Shown: positions 23,201-34,986, counted from the stretch's first letter. The stretch is 64,000 nucleotides of DNA from Zootoca vivipara (GCF_963506605.1 NC_083280.1:42284001-42348000); one strand, 5' to 3'. Notes: a model not told the origin generated them from the letters alone. Program-made: numbers and translations.

Positions 23201-26200
23201 GTTTCCTACACACAAAATTAGCTGTTTTAGACGCTGGAGTGTCTGCCAGCCTTCTGCCCCAGGGACGAGTGCGGGGCAGACAATTTCATTTACATGCACC
23301 TCCTGCATCACCGGCTTTTGGCAACCGTTCTGCTTCGCCTTCCATTGCGAGCTCCCTGAAACAGCAAGAGGCTCTGCTAGGTGTCTGCACCACCAATCTG
23401 TGTCGCTCTGGTTGTTATCATTTGTTCAGCCCTTTAAGGGCAGAATATAAATTACATTCCCTCTTGCAGTTCACCTTGGAGTTCAACCTCTTATAGTGTC
23501 CATTGTACAGAAAACAAACATGCATGCATGTTTACCTAGAGGTCAGTTCCACTGAGGTTAATTTTACTTGCTTCCAGATATATGTGCATAGAATTGCATC
23601 CTTGGGCTTTAAGCATCGTGTTCTTAACAACACGTTAGATTAAGCTAGAAAATGGAAAGCTGCATCTTTCAGATTCAACACTCCCAAGCACTGGGCCACC
23701 TCTGCCACAAATACAGTACATGATTCCCTCCTCAATGTTTACCGTATTAGTTTATGGGAATAACCAATGCTCAATAACTTTTTTTATTTTTGCAAGATCA
23801 ACACCAAGCAAGTAGGAAGTATTCAGCATTGAATCCTGCATTGTTATCACTCTACATACTACAGGTCTTTTCAACGAGTTATTTCCAGTTATATGTGTCC
23901 CCCTTACGTGCCCTTCTACTCCAACAGTGATGGTGGACCTCCAGAAATTGCTGGACTCCCAACTCCCATTATCTCCAGCCAGCAGGGCCAGTAGTCAGGG
24001 ATGGTGGGAGAGTCCAGCAACACCCACAAGTTCCCCAGCCCTGCATTATGCGATACCTGCAGGTCAACAGTCAGAGTAGAGTCACTGCTCGAAGCCTTGC
24101 TGGTGCCAGATGAAAAGTTCAGTAGGCCTGAAGCAGCTGCACTGAGGTTCTTCTGGACTTGATGCTGAGGGTTCCTGCTTGGCCTCTCTCTGCCGTTCCA
24201 GGCCCATGATTGAACTGTGCGTCCCGTCTGCCCTGGACCCCACACTGGCTCCACCGGGCTGCCACGTGGTCTCTCTCTTCACTCAGTACACCCCCTACAC
24301 ACTGTCCGGAGGGAAGCAATGGGATGACCGTGAGCGTGAGGACTATGCTGACCGAGGTACAGCCATTGCACGGAGGACTGGCAGGAGCAATGGCGGTTTT
24401 GGGAAAGGGGAGAATTTTCCATTCTCAGGAAGGCCTTACCACCACCCCAAACCTTACTCCATTGGGCCGTGTCTCCCATTTCCCATTTGCAAACCCTTCT
24501 ATCCTATGCTTCCCACACGTCTGTTTCCCTTTTCTTTTGGGAAAGAACCCTCCTGCCTAAAACTGTGTAGCACAATCTTCTCTGGGTCTAGATGTTGCCC
24601 ACTAGCCCACAAACTGGTCTTCCGTGAGTGTCAGGGGTGGCTGGAGACCAATGCCCAGGGTCAGCTGAGAAGGGATTTCTCCATGGTGCCTAAGTGTGAT
24701 TATCTAGTCTTAGTGGCTCTTGGGTGCTGAAATTCCAGTTGAATCCCTGTCAGCAAACCAGGTGTTGTTTTTTTTTGGGGGGGGGGTTCTGGGTGACTAA
24801 TACTTAGCCTTCCTTGAGGCAACTCTCAGTCTTTCCCATGTGGCATCTCTTCCCCTTGTAGTCTTTGATTGTGTTGAAGCCTACGCCCCTGGGTTCAAGG
24901 CCTCTGTCGTTGGCAGGGATGTCCTGACACCTCCAGACCTTGAGCGGATCTTTGGCCTACCTGGTGGGGTATGTATCTGCCCATAGACTCTCCTGCCCAG
25001 CTTTGCCTTGCCATGCCCTTCCAGGGCAACCTCCCCAAATGGACTGATATGGCTTAGATGAGTTTTAACACCTACACAGACCGCTGCCCCAGCTGCCCCC
25101 CATCTCCCAGCCTCCACTTCTCGACTCCCTTTGTACTGGGAAGCAGAGACAGGGCGCTGCTGATTCCCAGCTACCTTGTCTGATGCTGCCTCTGGTTTTC
25201 AGAACATATTCCATGGAGCAATGTCTCTGGACCAGCTGTATTTTGCCCGGCCAGTGCCTTCCTATTCCAGCTACCGATCTCCAGTGGAAGGCCTCTACCT
25301 CTGTGGAAGTGGCGCTCATCCTGGTGCGTATCTGTCAGGGGCAGCGCAAGGCCAGACGAGGCGTGTCTGTGCTGCTGCAACAACGAGGGGGAGAGCCTGG
25401 CCTCGGTGGTAAGGGGGTGGCTAGAGAGGACCAGGGAGAAGGGTGGGGTGAAGGCTTTCTTTGCCCAAGGACAAGAGAGAGAGGGCACTCCGTGGGTGCC
25501 CCACCCTGGAGTGGGTGGAAATGCTGGGGTTTTTTTTTTACTCTTAAAGATCCTGACTGTGTATGTAAGCCTGCTTGTTTAATTTTTCAATGTATTTCTT
25601 TACCTTTCGGTTTTGCCTTTTGCCCCGCCCACTTGAGCTTTTTGCTCCGCCCACCCTTGGAATGTGACCCTCCTCAGAAGGTTGGGCTCAAAGAGGTTTC
25701 CCACCCCTGCTGTAAAGAACAGACACTTGTGTGCGCTGACCTTTTCCCCTGTGCTGCAAATCCCAATGAAGCCTCTTCTCTCTTTTACTTCACCTCACTG
25801 TGACAGGAGAAAGGGTTAACACCACTGACCCTCTCCCCCATAGCTTCTATTTAAAACAGAACAAACAAAATTGAACGTGTACATCAAATGCAAGCACACA
25901 TTTTGTGCTCTGTGTCAGTGGCTTTGACTTGTTTTCTGCCTGGGATAGGGAGAGCTTTTGGTGTCTGAAGGATAAACGGAGACATTCCCTGCCTTGTCTT
26001 CAGCCTCCTCCCTCCTGGCTAATGCTGGCTTGGGACTGGATTATGAATCTTCTCTGTGGGGCATTGTTAGGTTGTTTGAATGCTTTCTTACGATGCTGCT
26101 AAGAAGGGGAATGAAAGGAGGTGCTCTCCCTTCTCTGTGTTCCTGCTATGGGGAATTTTAGTCCCTTCCCATTCCTGCCCTGCTAGGGGGTGAGTGAACT

Positions 26201-26387
26201 GGGTTCAAGGATTCCCAGTGGCAAATACCCACAAGAGTTCTACCATTTGGCTTGCTGGCTGTGGACCTGGTTAAGCTGCCCACCCTATTCTTGCAACGTC
26301 TCCCTTTTCTTCCCAGGAGGAGGTGTCATGGGAGCGGCAGGGCGCAATGCGGCTAGAATGGCTCTGGAGGATTTTAAGAAGCCGTGA
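10594..26387 (+). CDS. PYROXD2: PYROXD2, FAD-dependent oxidoreductase of the carotenoid/retinoid oxidoreductase family; complete, 16 exons, 1758 nt, 585 aa
   Basis: Spliced ORF: [20 protein letters not shown] (Rossmann), [62 protein letters not shown]; Arg-rich, acid-free N-terminus resembling a mitochondrial presequence; all introns GT-AG with consistent phase. Confidence 0.97.
11130..11300 (-). mobile_element. Squam3-type SINE
   Basis: CACAACAACCCTGGGAGGTAGGATAGGCTGAGA..CCCAAGGT..GGGGATTTGAACC (antisense body and head). Confidence 0.75.
11577..11596 (+). CDS. PYROXD2: PYROXD2 exon 2 (20-nt microexon)
   Basis: ttgcAG|GACACAATGGACTGGTGGCT|GTgagt = (G)HNGLVA. Confidence 0.93.
11807..11900 (+). 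CDS. PYROXD2: PYROXD2 exon 3
   Basis: [19 protein letters not shown]; AG/GT flanks. Confidence 0.95.
11998..12071 (+). CDS. PYROXD2: PYROXD2 exon 4
   Basis: [25 protein letters not shown]; AG/GT flanks. Confidence 0.95.
12635..13012 (-). mobile_element. L1/Tx1-like LINE 3' fragment
   Basis: Minus strand reads [43 protein letters not shown], then a 3' UTR; homologous to the 19505 element. Confidence 0.7.
13557..13712 (+). CDS. PYROXD2: PYROXD2 exon 5
   Basis: [26 protein letters not shown]; AG/GT flanks. Confidence 0.95.
14354..14781 (-). mobile_element. L2 LINE 3' fragment
   Basis: [38 protein letters not shown] (L2 ORF2 C-terminus); (TTA)n tail. Confidence 0.9.
14863..15016 (+). CDS. PYROXD2: PYROXD2 exon 6
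   Basis: [25 protein letters not shown]; AG/GT flanks. Confidence 0.94.
15969..16030 (+). CDS. PYROXD2: PYROXD2 exon 7
   Basis: [20 protein letters not shown]; AG/GT flanks. Confidence 0.94.
16123..16375. mobile_element. hAT-Charlie non-autonomous element (OC1/OposCharlie-like ends)
   Basis: TIRs CAGGGGTCCCCAAACT / AGTTTGCTGACCCCTG; perfect 8-bp TSD CTTTAGAC (16115-16122, 16376-16383). Confidence 0.88.
16423..16520 (+). CDS. PYROXD2: PYROXD2 exon 8
   Basis: [32 protein letters not shown]; AG/GT flanks. Confidence 0.95.
17486..17627 (+). CDS. PYROXD2: PYROXD2 exon 9
   Basis: [26 protein letters not shown]; AG/GT flanks. Confidence 0.95.
17696..17831. mobile_element. Palindromic hAT MITE
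   Basis: Long TIRs; perfect TSD GCATAGGG (17688-17695, 17832-17839). Confidence 0.88.
17870..18330 (-). mobile_element. Penelope-like element remnant (older family)
   Basis: Minus strand [11 protein letters not shown]..(frameshift)[12 protein letters not shown] typical of the Penelope GIY-YIG C-terminus; shares the GTAGCACCTTAAAGA motif with the 37989 element; degenerate hammerhead. Confidence 0.75.
18551..18685 (+). CDS. PYROXD2: PYROXD2 exon 10
   Basis: [28 protein letters not shown]; AG/GT flanks. Confidence 0.95.
19505..20075 (+). mobile_element. L1/Tx1-like LINE 3' fragment (preceded by an L2 tail at ~19430-19503)
   Basis: [49 protein letters not shown]; 3' UTR ends AATAAAAA. Confidence 0.75.
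20335..20407 (+). CDS. PYROXD2: PYROXD2 exon 11
   Basis: [24 protein letters not shown]; AG/GT flanks. Confidence 0.93.
21785..22350 (-). mobile_element. L2 LINE 3' fragment
   Basis: [44 protein letters not shown]. Confidence 0.92.
22478..22634 (+). CDS. PYROXD2: PYROXD2 exon 12
   Basis: [26 protein letters not shown]..; AG/GT flanks. Confidence 0.95.
24202..24356 (+). CDS. PYROXD2: PYROXD2 exon 13
   Basis: [33 protein letters not shown]; AG/GT flanks. Confidence 0.95.
24862..24968 (+). CDS. PYROXD2: PYROXD2 exon 14
   Basis: [27 protein letters not shown]; AG/GT flanks. Confidence 0.95.
25203..25323 (+). CDS. PYROXD2: PYROXD2 exon 15
   Basis: [28 protein letters not shown]; AG/GT flanks. 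Confidence 0.95.
26317..26387 (+). CDS. PYROXD2: PYROXD2 exon 16 (to stop)
   Basis: [22 protein letters not shown]. Confidence 0.95.
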
Positions 26388-26896
26388 CCTCCCCAGGAGG
26401 ACCCTTGAGCTGCCCTGGCTCAGGAAAAGGGACTGATGGGAAGACACTCTGCTGCATTCTGTCTCTGGGCCCAGTGCTAGAGAGAGATCTCTGGTCTTTT
26501 GCTCTGGGCATTGCACAGCCATGGAGGAGGAGGTGGCCACTGCTCTTGCAGATAGATGGACACAAGTGTGCCACAAGCGTGTTTGCAAAATGCTCTTGCT
26601 ACCACTACCGCTCCCAGCTATATAAAGCAGCTAATGCGCTCCTCCTGAATGCTCCCTTTGTACCCGAGGCTGCAGTTTCTTGCAAAGGCTCCGGTTTCTG
26701 CTTCCTTCTTTCTTGGGCTGGTTGGGAGATGCATCCTGTGGTTCCTGCTACAGGAAAAGGGGAAAAGTTTAGAGTCCTGGGTGAGGCTGGCTCCTGAGTA
26801 GAGACTGGGTATTTTAGTAGAATAGGGACCCACTGGGTTAAAATGCCCTGCAGCACCAGCATTTCTTCTGAAAGCCCATCTATGCTGCCCAACTTA

Positions 26897-27090
26897 GGAT
26901 ATAGGAGTTTGTCTTTGAGAGTCTGACCATTGGGTCCATCTAACTCAGGAGTGTCTGCACCGATTGGCTATAGCTCTCCAGGGTTTCAGGCAGGGGTGCT
27001 CTCCATGCTCTACCTGGAGACGCCAGGGATTGATCCTGGAACCTTTTGCATGCAGGCAGATGTTCTGCCACTGAGCTTACATCCCTTCCA
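26897..27090 (-). mobile_element. tRNA(Ala-like)-derived SINE; further copies at ~36345-36490 and ~45310-45447 (-)
   Basis: Antisense of AGCTCAGTGGCAGAAC..TGCATGC..GGATCAATCCCTGGCGTCTCCA head with a CR1-like tail. Confidence 0.75.
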
Positions 27091-28983
27091 CCCCAACTTA
27101 CAAGACAGCATCTTAGCTTCTGTTCCTTAACGCACCAAAACACAGGCATTCTGCAAACGTGGCTCCAAACACTGAACAAACTGTCCTGAGAAACAGCTTA
27201 AAATTTACACATCTCTGGAAGCTCAGTGTTTCATGCCACCCCAATCTCAGGGTTTGTGTTTTCTTTGGAAATGAGGCACAGCAGAGACTGTGGTGTCTTT
27301 ATGATATATGGTTTATTTACACACATATACAACCTGAGCCTGCGATAGAGGGGTTCACAGCATCAACACCCCAAGAAGGTCTTGTTTTTTCCCTCATAGC
27401 CACAGCCTTGGCATCCAGCAGAAATCAATCATTGCTCTGCTTCTCTCCCTTTCCAGCTTGCTGCTTTGTTTCTGGCTCACATCACTACAACTCTCTGCCC
27501 TCCACTCTGCCTTTGTCCCCCTTAAGTACCCACGAGTTGGGGGAGGGGCACCACCCACTTGCCATCTTGCACAGAACCCCTTTCCTTTGTTCCCCATAAT
27601 GGCCCATTGCCCATGCTATCGTCTCAACAGGAAGCTAGCCTGGCTTATGTTTTAACACTTGCTGGGTCCAGGGGTTAGGAGTGTTCTAGCATACAGCCTA
27701 TTCCCCACCCCCAATTCATAACACAAGAAGCAAGGCCAAGTTGTTACAGTGCTGCCTTAGCTAAGGGGCAAGGAGAGTCGGCTGCTATCCGTGTCTGTTG
27801 ACCTTGTGCTCCCTATCCAAAGCCAGACATGCCTGGCTGAGCCCCAGTCCAAAAGAGCCATATTTCTCACTAGCAAAGAGCAGCTGCTTGCAAACACCTC
27901 TCTGCATTCGGACTGCAAATCCAGCTTAGGAAGTGGCCGGTAGCCAGCTGTCCTCTCTGGTAAGAGCCACTGTTGGGTTTTGTGCCCGAGGCAGCCTGAT
28001 GATCCCACGAATCAGTTGCACTGGCTTTGGTCCAGTTCCACCCCATTGAAATCAATGGGGATAAATCAGCTTAAATCTAAATACTCTGCTTTAATTGGCG
28101 GATGGAACTTAGCCAAAGTGTGTTGACACAATAAGGAAAAATCGATAGGTAACTTTCCTCCCTAGCTATGATGGATTGATTACATGTGAAGAAATGATTG
28201 TAAAATCATTGCCAACGGTACACTTAGAAAATATATGTCCAAAGATTAAAGAGGTTTTAAAAGACTGAGAATCCAATTTTCCTTTGTAATAATCTTTCTC
28301 ACTTTTTGGGGGGGTGGGGGAACTCTGCCACTGACCTCTGGGATGAGAAAGGCAGCCAGAATGCAACAGCTTTGCCGGTGAGGTTGCCAGCATTCACAAG
28401 GTGCCGTTTCCCCAGATATTCCTGCTGAGCACAATATCCATTCATTCCAATGCGGCACAAAACTCAATTGAAATAAATGGGTGTTGTGTGCAGCAGTTGA
28501 CGGACTTTCCCAAGGAGAAAAGTCTAGTGCTGATGGACGTCTTTGTGTTATGTAATGCTCTGCAACTGATGCCATTTAAGTTAAGCGTCTTACACAAAGA
28601 GGATGTCAGAAAGTTGCTTTGAAAAAACGGAGAGCACATTCTATACAATAAATAAATAAATGCCAAGAGCTATGAGCAGAGCTCTCTCCTCCAGCCCCCA
28701 CCCCCGCCCCACATGGGCTCCCTAAACATTGTCAACTCTAGAATATGCTGGCTCAGTCAAAATGCAACCCTCGAAGCTTCTCTTGCTGCACCACTGCCCT
28801 GCTGATTCATAATCTGGCATGTTCCCCCTTACAACCTCTCGATTCCTTTCTTTTTAGTGTTTGCTTTTCCAGTGTATGACAGTGACTGGAGTTATAAGGG
28901 CAAGAGCAATTAATTTTGCCTAATGGCAAATTATAAGCTGATAAATTCTCTGTGCCCTGGGCCTTGACTATGTAATGCTGCCC

Positions 28984-29121
28984 CAGCGTTGCCATATTTT
29001 GAAGAGAGAAAAAAAGAGGACACATTTGCCGACTTCTACATTTAACTATGGATCGCTTTGACGACTCTACCCATGAAAAAAGAGGACGTGTCCTGGAAAA
29101 AGAGGACATATGGCTACCCTA
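28984..29121. mobile_element. Putative hAT-type MITE
   Basis: Terminal inverted CAGCGTTGCCATAT / ATATGGCTACCCTA with internal AAAAAGAGGAC repeats; no clear TSD. Confidence 0.55.
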
Positions 29122-30387
29122 GTGGATGCTTCTGCAGACAGGACTTTCCCTCTCTGATGATAGCGACACAAAACCCACCTTAACTCCTTTGAACATCCGC
29201 TCCATGCCTGTTAGGCCAATAACTGCCGCTAGGTGGAAGCATTGCTCCTTTAGCATAATTTAGCAATGTTTAACAAGTGCAAAGCCAAATACAGCAGCGG
29301 TAACTACCTTGCTAAGGCAGTTCCATACTTCTCATTGTTTTATGTCATGCCGGCCTTGTGTACAGCTATTTTAGCATCACCAGCAGTAGCTGGCAAGCAC
29401 TGCGCCCGCTGCATCGAGGCTGACGGAAGGCCTTCCTGCTTGAGATATAGCGAAATGTGGCAGGGGATGATGAACAGGGAGCAGGGCCCTGCTAGGAGCT
29501 GAGAAACAGGCAGGTCTCCCATGGCCACTTAGAGCCACAACTCCCAAAAGCAGGAGCTGCTGATCCTGGTTAGTGCCTCTGACACCTCAGGTTCCTTCAG
29601 TTGGTGGAGCAGGTCACCCGAGGTAATAAGAATACTAACCTCAGCGCTCCCAAGAAGTGGAAACCCTTCTTCACTCAAGGTGTCCCTGCTTTTCCGACAC
29701 CAGAGAGCAGATGCATGCGTCATGATTTCCTGCATGGACTGACGGCCCTTTGTGGACGTTGTCTTCCCAGTCAGCTTACCCAGGAGGAGGAGAGGGCGGA
29801 AATGTCATACTGTATGCTGCAGTATTCAGACACACCCAAAGCACTGAGGCTTCTTCTCTTGCTCAGCTGTCCATGGCTCCCTGCCCCTCTGCCTCCTCCC
29901 TGGCCTCTGCTCACCCATCCTTTATTTGACTTTGGGTTAAGCATCTCTGCAGTCCCAGGGAGATGCCACTGCTCTTTTTGCTCTGCCATTGGCTCACTCC
30001 CCACCCCCTGGCTGCCTCTGGGCCAATGGGATTGCTAGAAAGCACAGCTTCTGAAATGTTTTTAACTCAACCCCTAAAGGATGAAGTACCTTGCTCAGTT
30101 GTTCTATACATTTTATATTTGAATTGTTCGCTATGTGCGATTGTTGAAACTGTTTTTCTATGTGTAGTAGTTTTATCATATGTTGACAGTATTGTAACTC
30201 GTTCTCAGATGCCTGATAGGAAGAGATTCATAAATGAGAATAATAATACTGGATACATAAATGAAATGATGATGTTCTTGAGGAGCATAGGAAGCTGTTG
30301 CGATAGTTACGCTGTTTTAAAAATACAGCATTAATATCAGTTGAAGCAATTTACAATCAGAAGAATGAGAAGGGTCCTAAGACGTCA

Positions 30388-30611
30388 CCTAGAAGGAGAT
30401 TCCGACTAAACATCAGGAAGAACTTTCTGACAGTAAGAGCTGTTTGACAGTGAAATGGTTTCCCTCAGGAGGTTGTGGACTCTCCTTCCTTGCAGGTTTT
30501 TTTTTATAGCAGAGGTTGGGTGTCTGTCATGAATGCTTTAGTTGAGATTCCTGCATTGCAGGGGGTTGGGCTAGATGATCTCTGGGGTACCTTCCAACGC
30601 TACAATTCTAT
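30388..30611 (+). mobile_element. CR1 LINE 3' fragment
   Basis: [17 protein letters not shown]-coding sequence plus GGGGGTTGGGCTAGATGATC..ATTCTAT tail. Confidence 0.85.
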
Positions 30612-31554
30612 GTACTTATCTCAGCTGTAAAAAGCCAGGGTAAAGAAATGCTCCTGTAGCATATGTTGAAAACTTTGCTAGGTGTACCTCTATGTGGAGG
30701 GAATAACATAGTTTAGGGGCTGCTACAGAGAATAATCCCTCCCATATGGCCACCCCCCAAAAAAAATTTCCACTAGCAACCCCCCTCCAAAAGAAGCATT
30801 GTATGAAGAACTTCATAGACCTGGCTTGGCGCTGACTTCAGGCTTGGCACTCTGGGCAGGGTATGGCTCATAACACGGGCTTCCCTGAAATACCCGACAA
30901 CTTTAAATGTTAATCCAAACCAGGCTACAGGGTGCTTTCTGAAGAGGAGATGGCAGCCTCCTATCACACAGCCTCTTGCCCTGAGTCTCCCTCCTCGCTG
31001 CCAACTTCTCCTTGTCTGCCTTTGTGGAAAGAGGAGAAGCAGGGAGTGTTTGTGTGGCCTAAGGGTGTCCGCCCCATCCCTGCCAGCTCTCGCCGTCAGC
31101 CCCCGCGGGGAAGCTGAATGCTCTTCTATCCGCTGGCTCGGCCTCCGAAACCTCTTCCTCCTGCTGACGCTTCTCCCAATTGAACTCTGTGCCCTGCCTC
31201 CCACCGGCCCCTAAATAAAACATCCCTGGAACGAGGTGCTGCACCTGAGACGGCTATATAAATATTGACGGGATGAGAATAGCTCCAGGCGGAGCTGTTT
31301 TTAGTGCTGCCTCAACTGCTCCCTTGGCCTTAACCACAGAACCTCCCGGGCCAAGGGCCTGACACGTGCTGAGGCGGCAGCTGACAGGGAGGACCAGCTC
31401 GCCTCCTCCGCTCCGCCCTGTGCCACGTTGGACTGGCAGACGGGAGTGCCCAGCCCAGGCAGTCAATGACACAACAGCTTCCCAGCCTTGAGCTGCGATG
31501 GCAGAGGAGGAAGAGGAAACACAAGCAGGTGCAGGGGGAAAGGAGGCTCTTATT

Positions 31555-31690
31555 CAGGCATCCCCAAACTTCGGCCCTCCAGATGTTTTGGACTACAATT
31601 CCCATCATCCCTGACTACTGGTCCTCTTAGCTAGGGATCATGGGAGTTGTAGGCCAAAACATCTGGAGGGCCGCAGTTTGGGGAAGCCTG
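31555..31690. mobile_element. Palindromic hAT MITE (young copy)
   Basis: ~50-bp TIRs; perfect TSD CTCTTATT (31547-31554, 31691-31698). Confidence 0.9.
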
Positions 31691-33649
31691 CTCTTATTGC
31701 CACAGGGGAAAGGCCTGCAAGGGATCCAGGGGAGGAAACTCTGCAGCTTAGTAGGAAATGGTGGGGTTTTTTATTTTATTCATTATGTATACAGTCCTGG
31801 GTTTAATTTCCCATTGAAGATATCAAGTATTGGGGCTGGGAGGGTATTTTCCCCCCAAGAGACCCACAAAGAGATGCAGCCAGTCAGCCCTGTGCTTGAT
31901 GGGTCTTTGGGAAAGTAATAGGTAAACACAAGAGGGATTAATTCCTGCCTGCCCAAGGTGGGCCATTTGACAAATATGGATGAGGGTAAAGCAGGCGGCA
32001 TTCCTTTCTACTTTCCAGATTCCCCAATCATTCGCCCTGCTTGGTGTACCATGTCTGAAGTGAGCTGCGCTAAATCAGTGGGGTGACAGGGTCCCATTAG
32101 AAGCCATGTGGGGCCCCGAGATATTTCCTTTGCACATGCATCTGCTCAGGCAGATCTGGCTCTTGATGGACGAGTCAGAAGGAAGCGGCCCAGCTGGACT
32201 GGGGTGGAGGAAATGGATCTATGCTTCTCTGCAATCCTTTGGAGAGTCTTCTGGAGCAAAGCAGAGCCATTTTCAAACTGGCCAGCCTGCTATATTTGTG
32301 GACTAAGCTGTGAATCAGCTTGTTTTCCTTTTCTTATGCAGGTTGTATAGGTTACACATATATTTACTGATGTATTAACCACTTTCCATTGAACAACGGG
32401 TTTCTTGCCTTGCTGTCTTATTCGCTGACAGTGTTTGGTTTGCTTTGAATCATAACCAGCATCCATTCTGTTCTTGGCTAAACCACGCAGGTTTGTGGTT
32501 CCACCAGATTCTCTGTCTCAGGTCCAAATCAGATGTGATGTGAGCCGCCCGTTATCAACCACCCAACACCCTTTTCGTGGGTTAAAAGCACCTGTGAGAG
32601 AAGCAGTCATTTGAAAACAGGCCATGATGACACTTGAGGGGGGGGTTAACATTTCCTCCCCACACCACAACCCCAGTCAAAAACCCCTTCCGTGCAATTG
32701 CAGTTGGCTGTGAGCAGCAGGTGGGGGGCAGAAAAACTGATAGCCATATATTTCCTATCTCTCCTTCTCCCACCCCCATGGCTAACAGCAGGTTGGGGGG
32801 GGGGCTGAGATCAGAGGTACTATATGGGGGGAAGTAGTTAAGCCCCTTCCCTTGCACCATGGCTCTGCCACCCTTTCAGCTGTGTTTAATAAATGGGATG
32901 CCTGATCAAGAATCTCCCAAATCATGTTTAAATTGATCCTCGGTGCATGTAGGTTTGTGTAGTATTTTTGTTGTAATACTCTTGGATGACATTCGGCTAA
33001 GTTTTAGTCAGAGTAGACCTTTTGAAATTAATGGACATAACTTAGTCGTCTTCATAATATTCAGTTAATGATTGAATATGTCGATTAAAGATGACATACT
33101 GCAAAAAATTTTTTGAAAAAATTAATATCAGTGAGTGGGTCTATTCTGAGCAAAACACAGCAGAAAACCACCCATTATGTACTGTTTTTATGTTGCATGC
33201 TGCCTAGAGATCTTTTAAAAACATTAAGCTTGTGAGTTTATAAATGTTTTAAATAAATAAAACAACAGCAAATCTATTTTGCATTAAAAAAGTGCTACCT
33301 TTTGACCTCAGTGTGTACCTCTGAATTGCATTACTGTGGCAATGAGGCATGCGTGTAAAGCTGGAGCAAAAAAAGAAAAGAAAAAAGGGGAAGTTAATGC
33401 CTATCTGCATTCATAAATTTATTATACCTTCTTGTAACTCAGAGCATGAGTATCAGCCCATATTATTCTGGCATGTTCTTTTGTCTCTGAAACTAATTTG
33501 ATGCATAGCTAAGCTAGAATGTGTTTTTAATGCTTCCTTCATCTTATATACATGGTTTTATGTTCTCTTCTGTTGTTCCTAAATAACCATTTTTGTTTCG
33601 TTTGTGTGATTTGCCTTGGTTATACAAAAGCTCCGTCTTCCCACGCAGC

Positions 33650-33820
33650 CCTGGATTTAGACCTGAGGCTGGGGAGACGTGGATTCAGATCCCCAGTTAG
33701 CCCCAAAACTTTTCTGAGTGACCTTGGGCCAGTCACTGTCTCTCAGCTTACCCTACCTCACAGGGGCGGTGTGGGGATGAAAGAGGAACTAAACTCCTTT
33801 AGAGCAAAGGCAAGATAGAA
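33650..33820 (+). mobile_element. Squam3-type SINE remnant
   Basis: GTGACCTTGGGCCAGTCACTGTCTCTCAGCTTACCCTACCTCACAGGG core. Confidence 0.7.
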
Positions 33821-34986
33821 ATGCTACAGAAACAATAGCATTAGGAGTAAGTATGAAAGTTGAGCTTGGAATCTCCCGTGTTGCAAAGAAATAGATGCTG
33901 CTGTGTGATTGAGTTTACCAGATTTACCTGTGTTGAGTTAAAATGGATGGTAAAGTGGTGGCAGCTCAATTAGGATGCCATTGAGGAATTGGTTCAGCTC
34001 ACTCCTGTTTTTCTATGCTATTACAAGTCACTCAGGAGAGTGGATCCGACTGTAAGAAATGCGCAAAGCATCTGAGCTGGATCAAGACAAGCATCCCTGA
34101 TATTTGCAGATACTTGGCCAATGACGTGTCCTGGCAAATCTTCCCAGAGCTGGCAAGATGGGCAGGAAAACAAATTACTGTCAGCCCACGTGGCAGGAAG
34201 AGTGCCCTTTTCTGGTTCAATGATGCTTCTCCTTGACTCACCCCAGCCATCCTTCCAGAGGTCATCCATCTTGCCTATTCTCCTCATGTTTTGCACAGAG
34301 CAGCTGCCCTGCTGCTGACAGCTCTGGGTCAAAGGCAGTCATTTTTGGAAGGATCTGTTACTTTGGCAGTTGCTCTTGCCTTGATGTCATATAGCCAGAA
34401 GCCACGTGCTGGGCAGAGATGCAGAAAAGTGTGCCACTGCCAGCCTCTTGGTTGACCAAGCTGGGCACAAGTGGGTAGCCACAGGACTCTGCCAATAGAC
34501 ATGGCAGGATGCTCCCCTGTGCCCTTCTCATAAGGAATAGGGGCATGAATATTTCTTCCGTGGTCCCGGTCTTTCCCTGCAAAGGATTGCCAGAATGGTG
34601 AGCTCACAGGGGTATTTGGGGCCATGCTTTTTCTGGCTCCTTGTGCCAGGAACCTGCTCCTTAAACTCTAAACAAACAGCCTGTAGCCACTGGCACATTC
34701 CTGCCTGGGATGTGGACTACGGCATGGGCAACGCTACTTCCTGTTTATTTCCAGCCTTGTAACGGGGCTAGTTGCTGCTAGGCGGAGGCCGCAGACCGTG
34801 ATGGGGAGGGACAGGATGAGTCCCAAGGAAGTGTTGCACGGGGAAGGCAGCAGCCCAAGGAGACACCTCACAGGAGTACAGCTGTGGATCGTGGTTAAGG
34901 TGCCTTGGCAGAGCTGTCAGAAGAATCCCAGGAGTGAGAAGTGCACAGCTCAATTAAAGCCGGCTGCAACTGATGAGTCGTGCATC

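Noticed and set aside
10594-26387. Ortholog of the human intronic miRNA MIR1287
   Set aside because: No match to the recalled mature sequence was seen; the hairpins present are MITEs.
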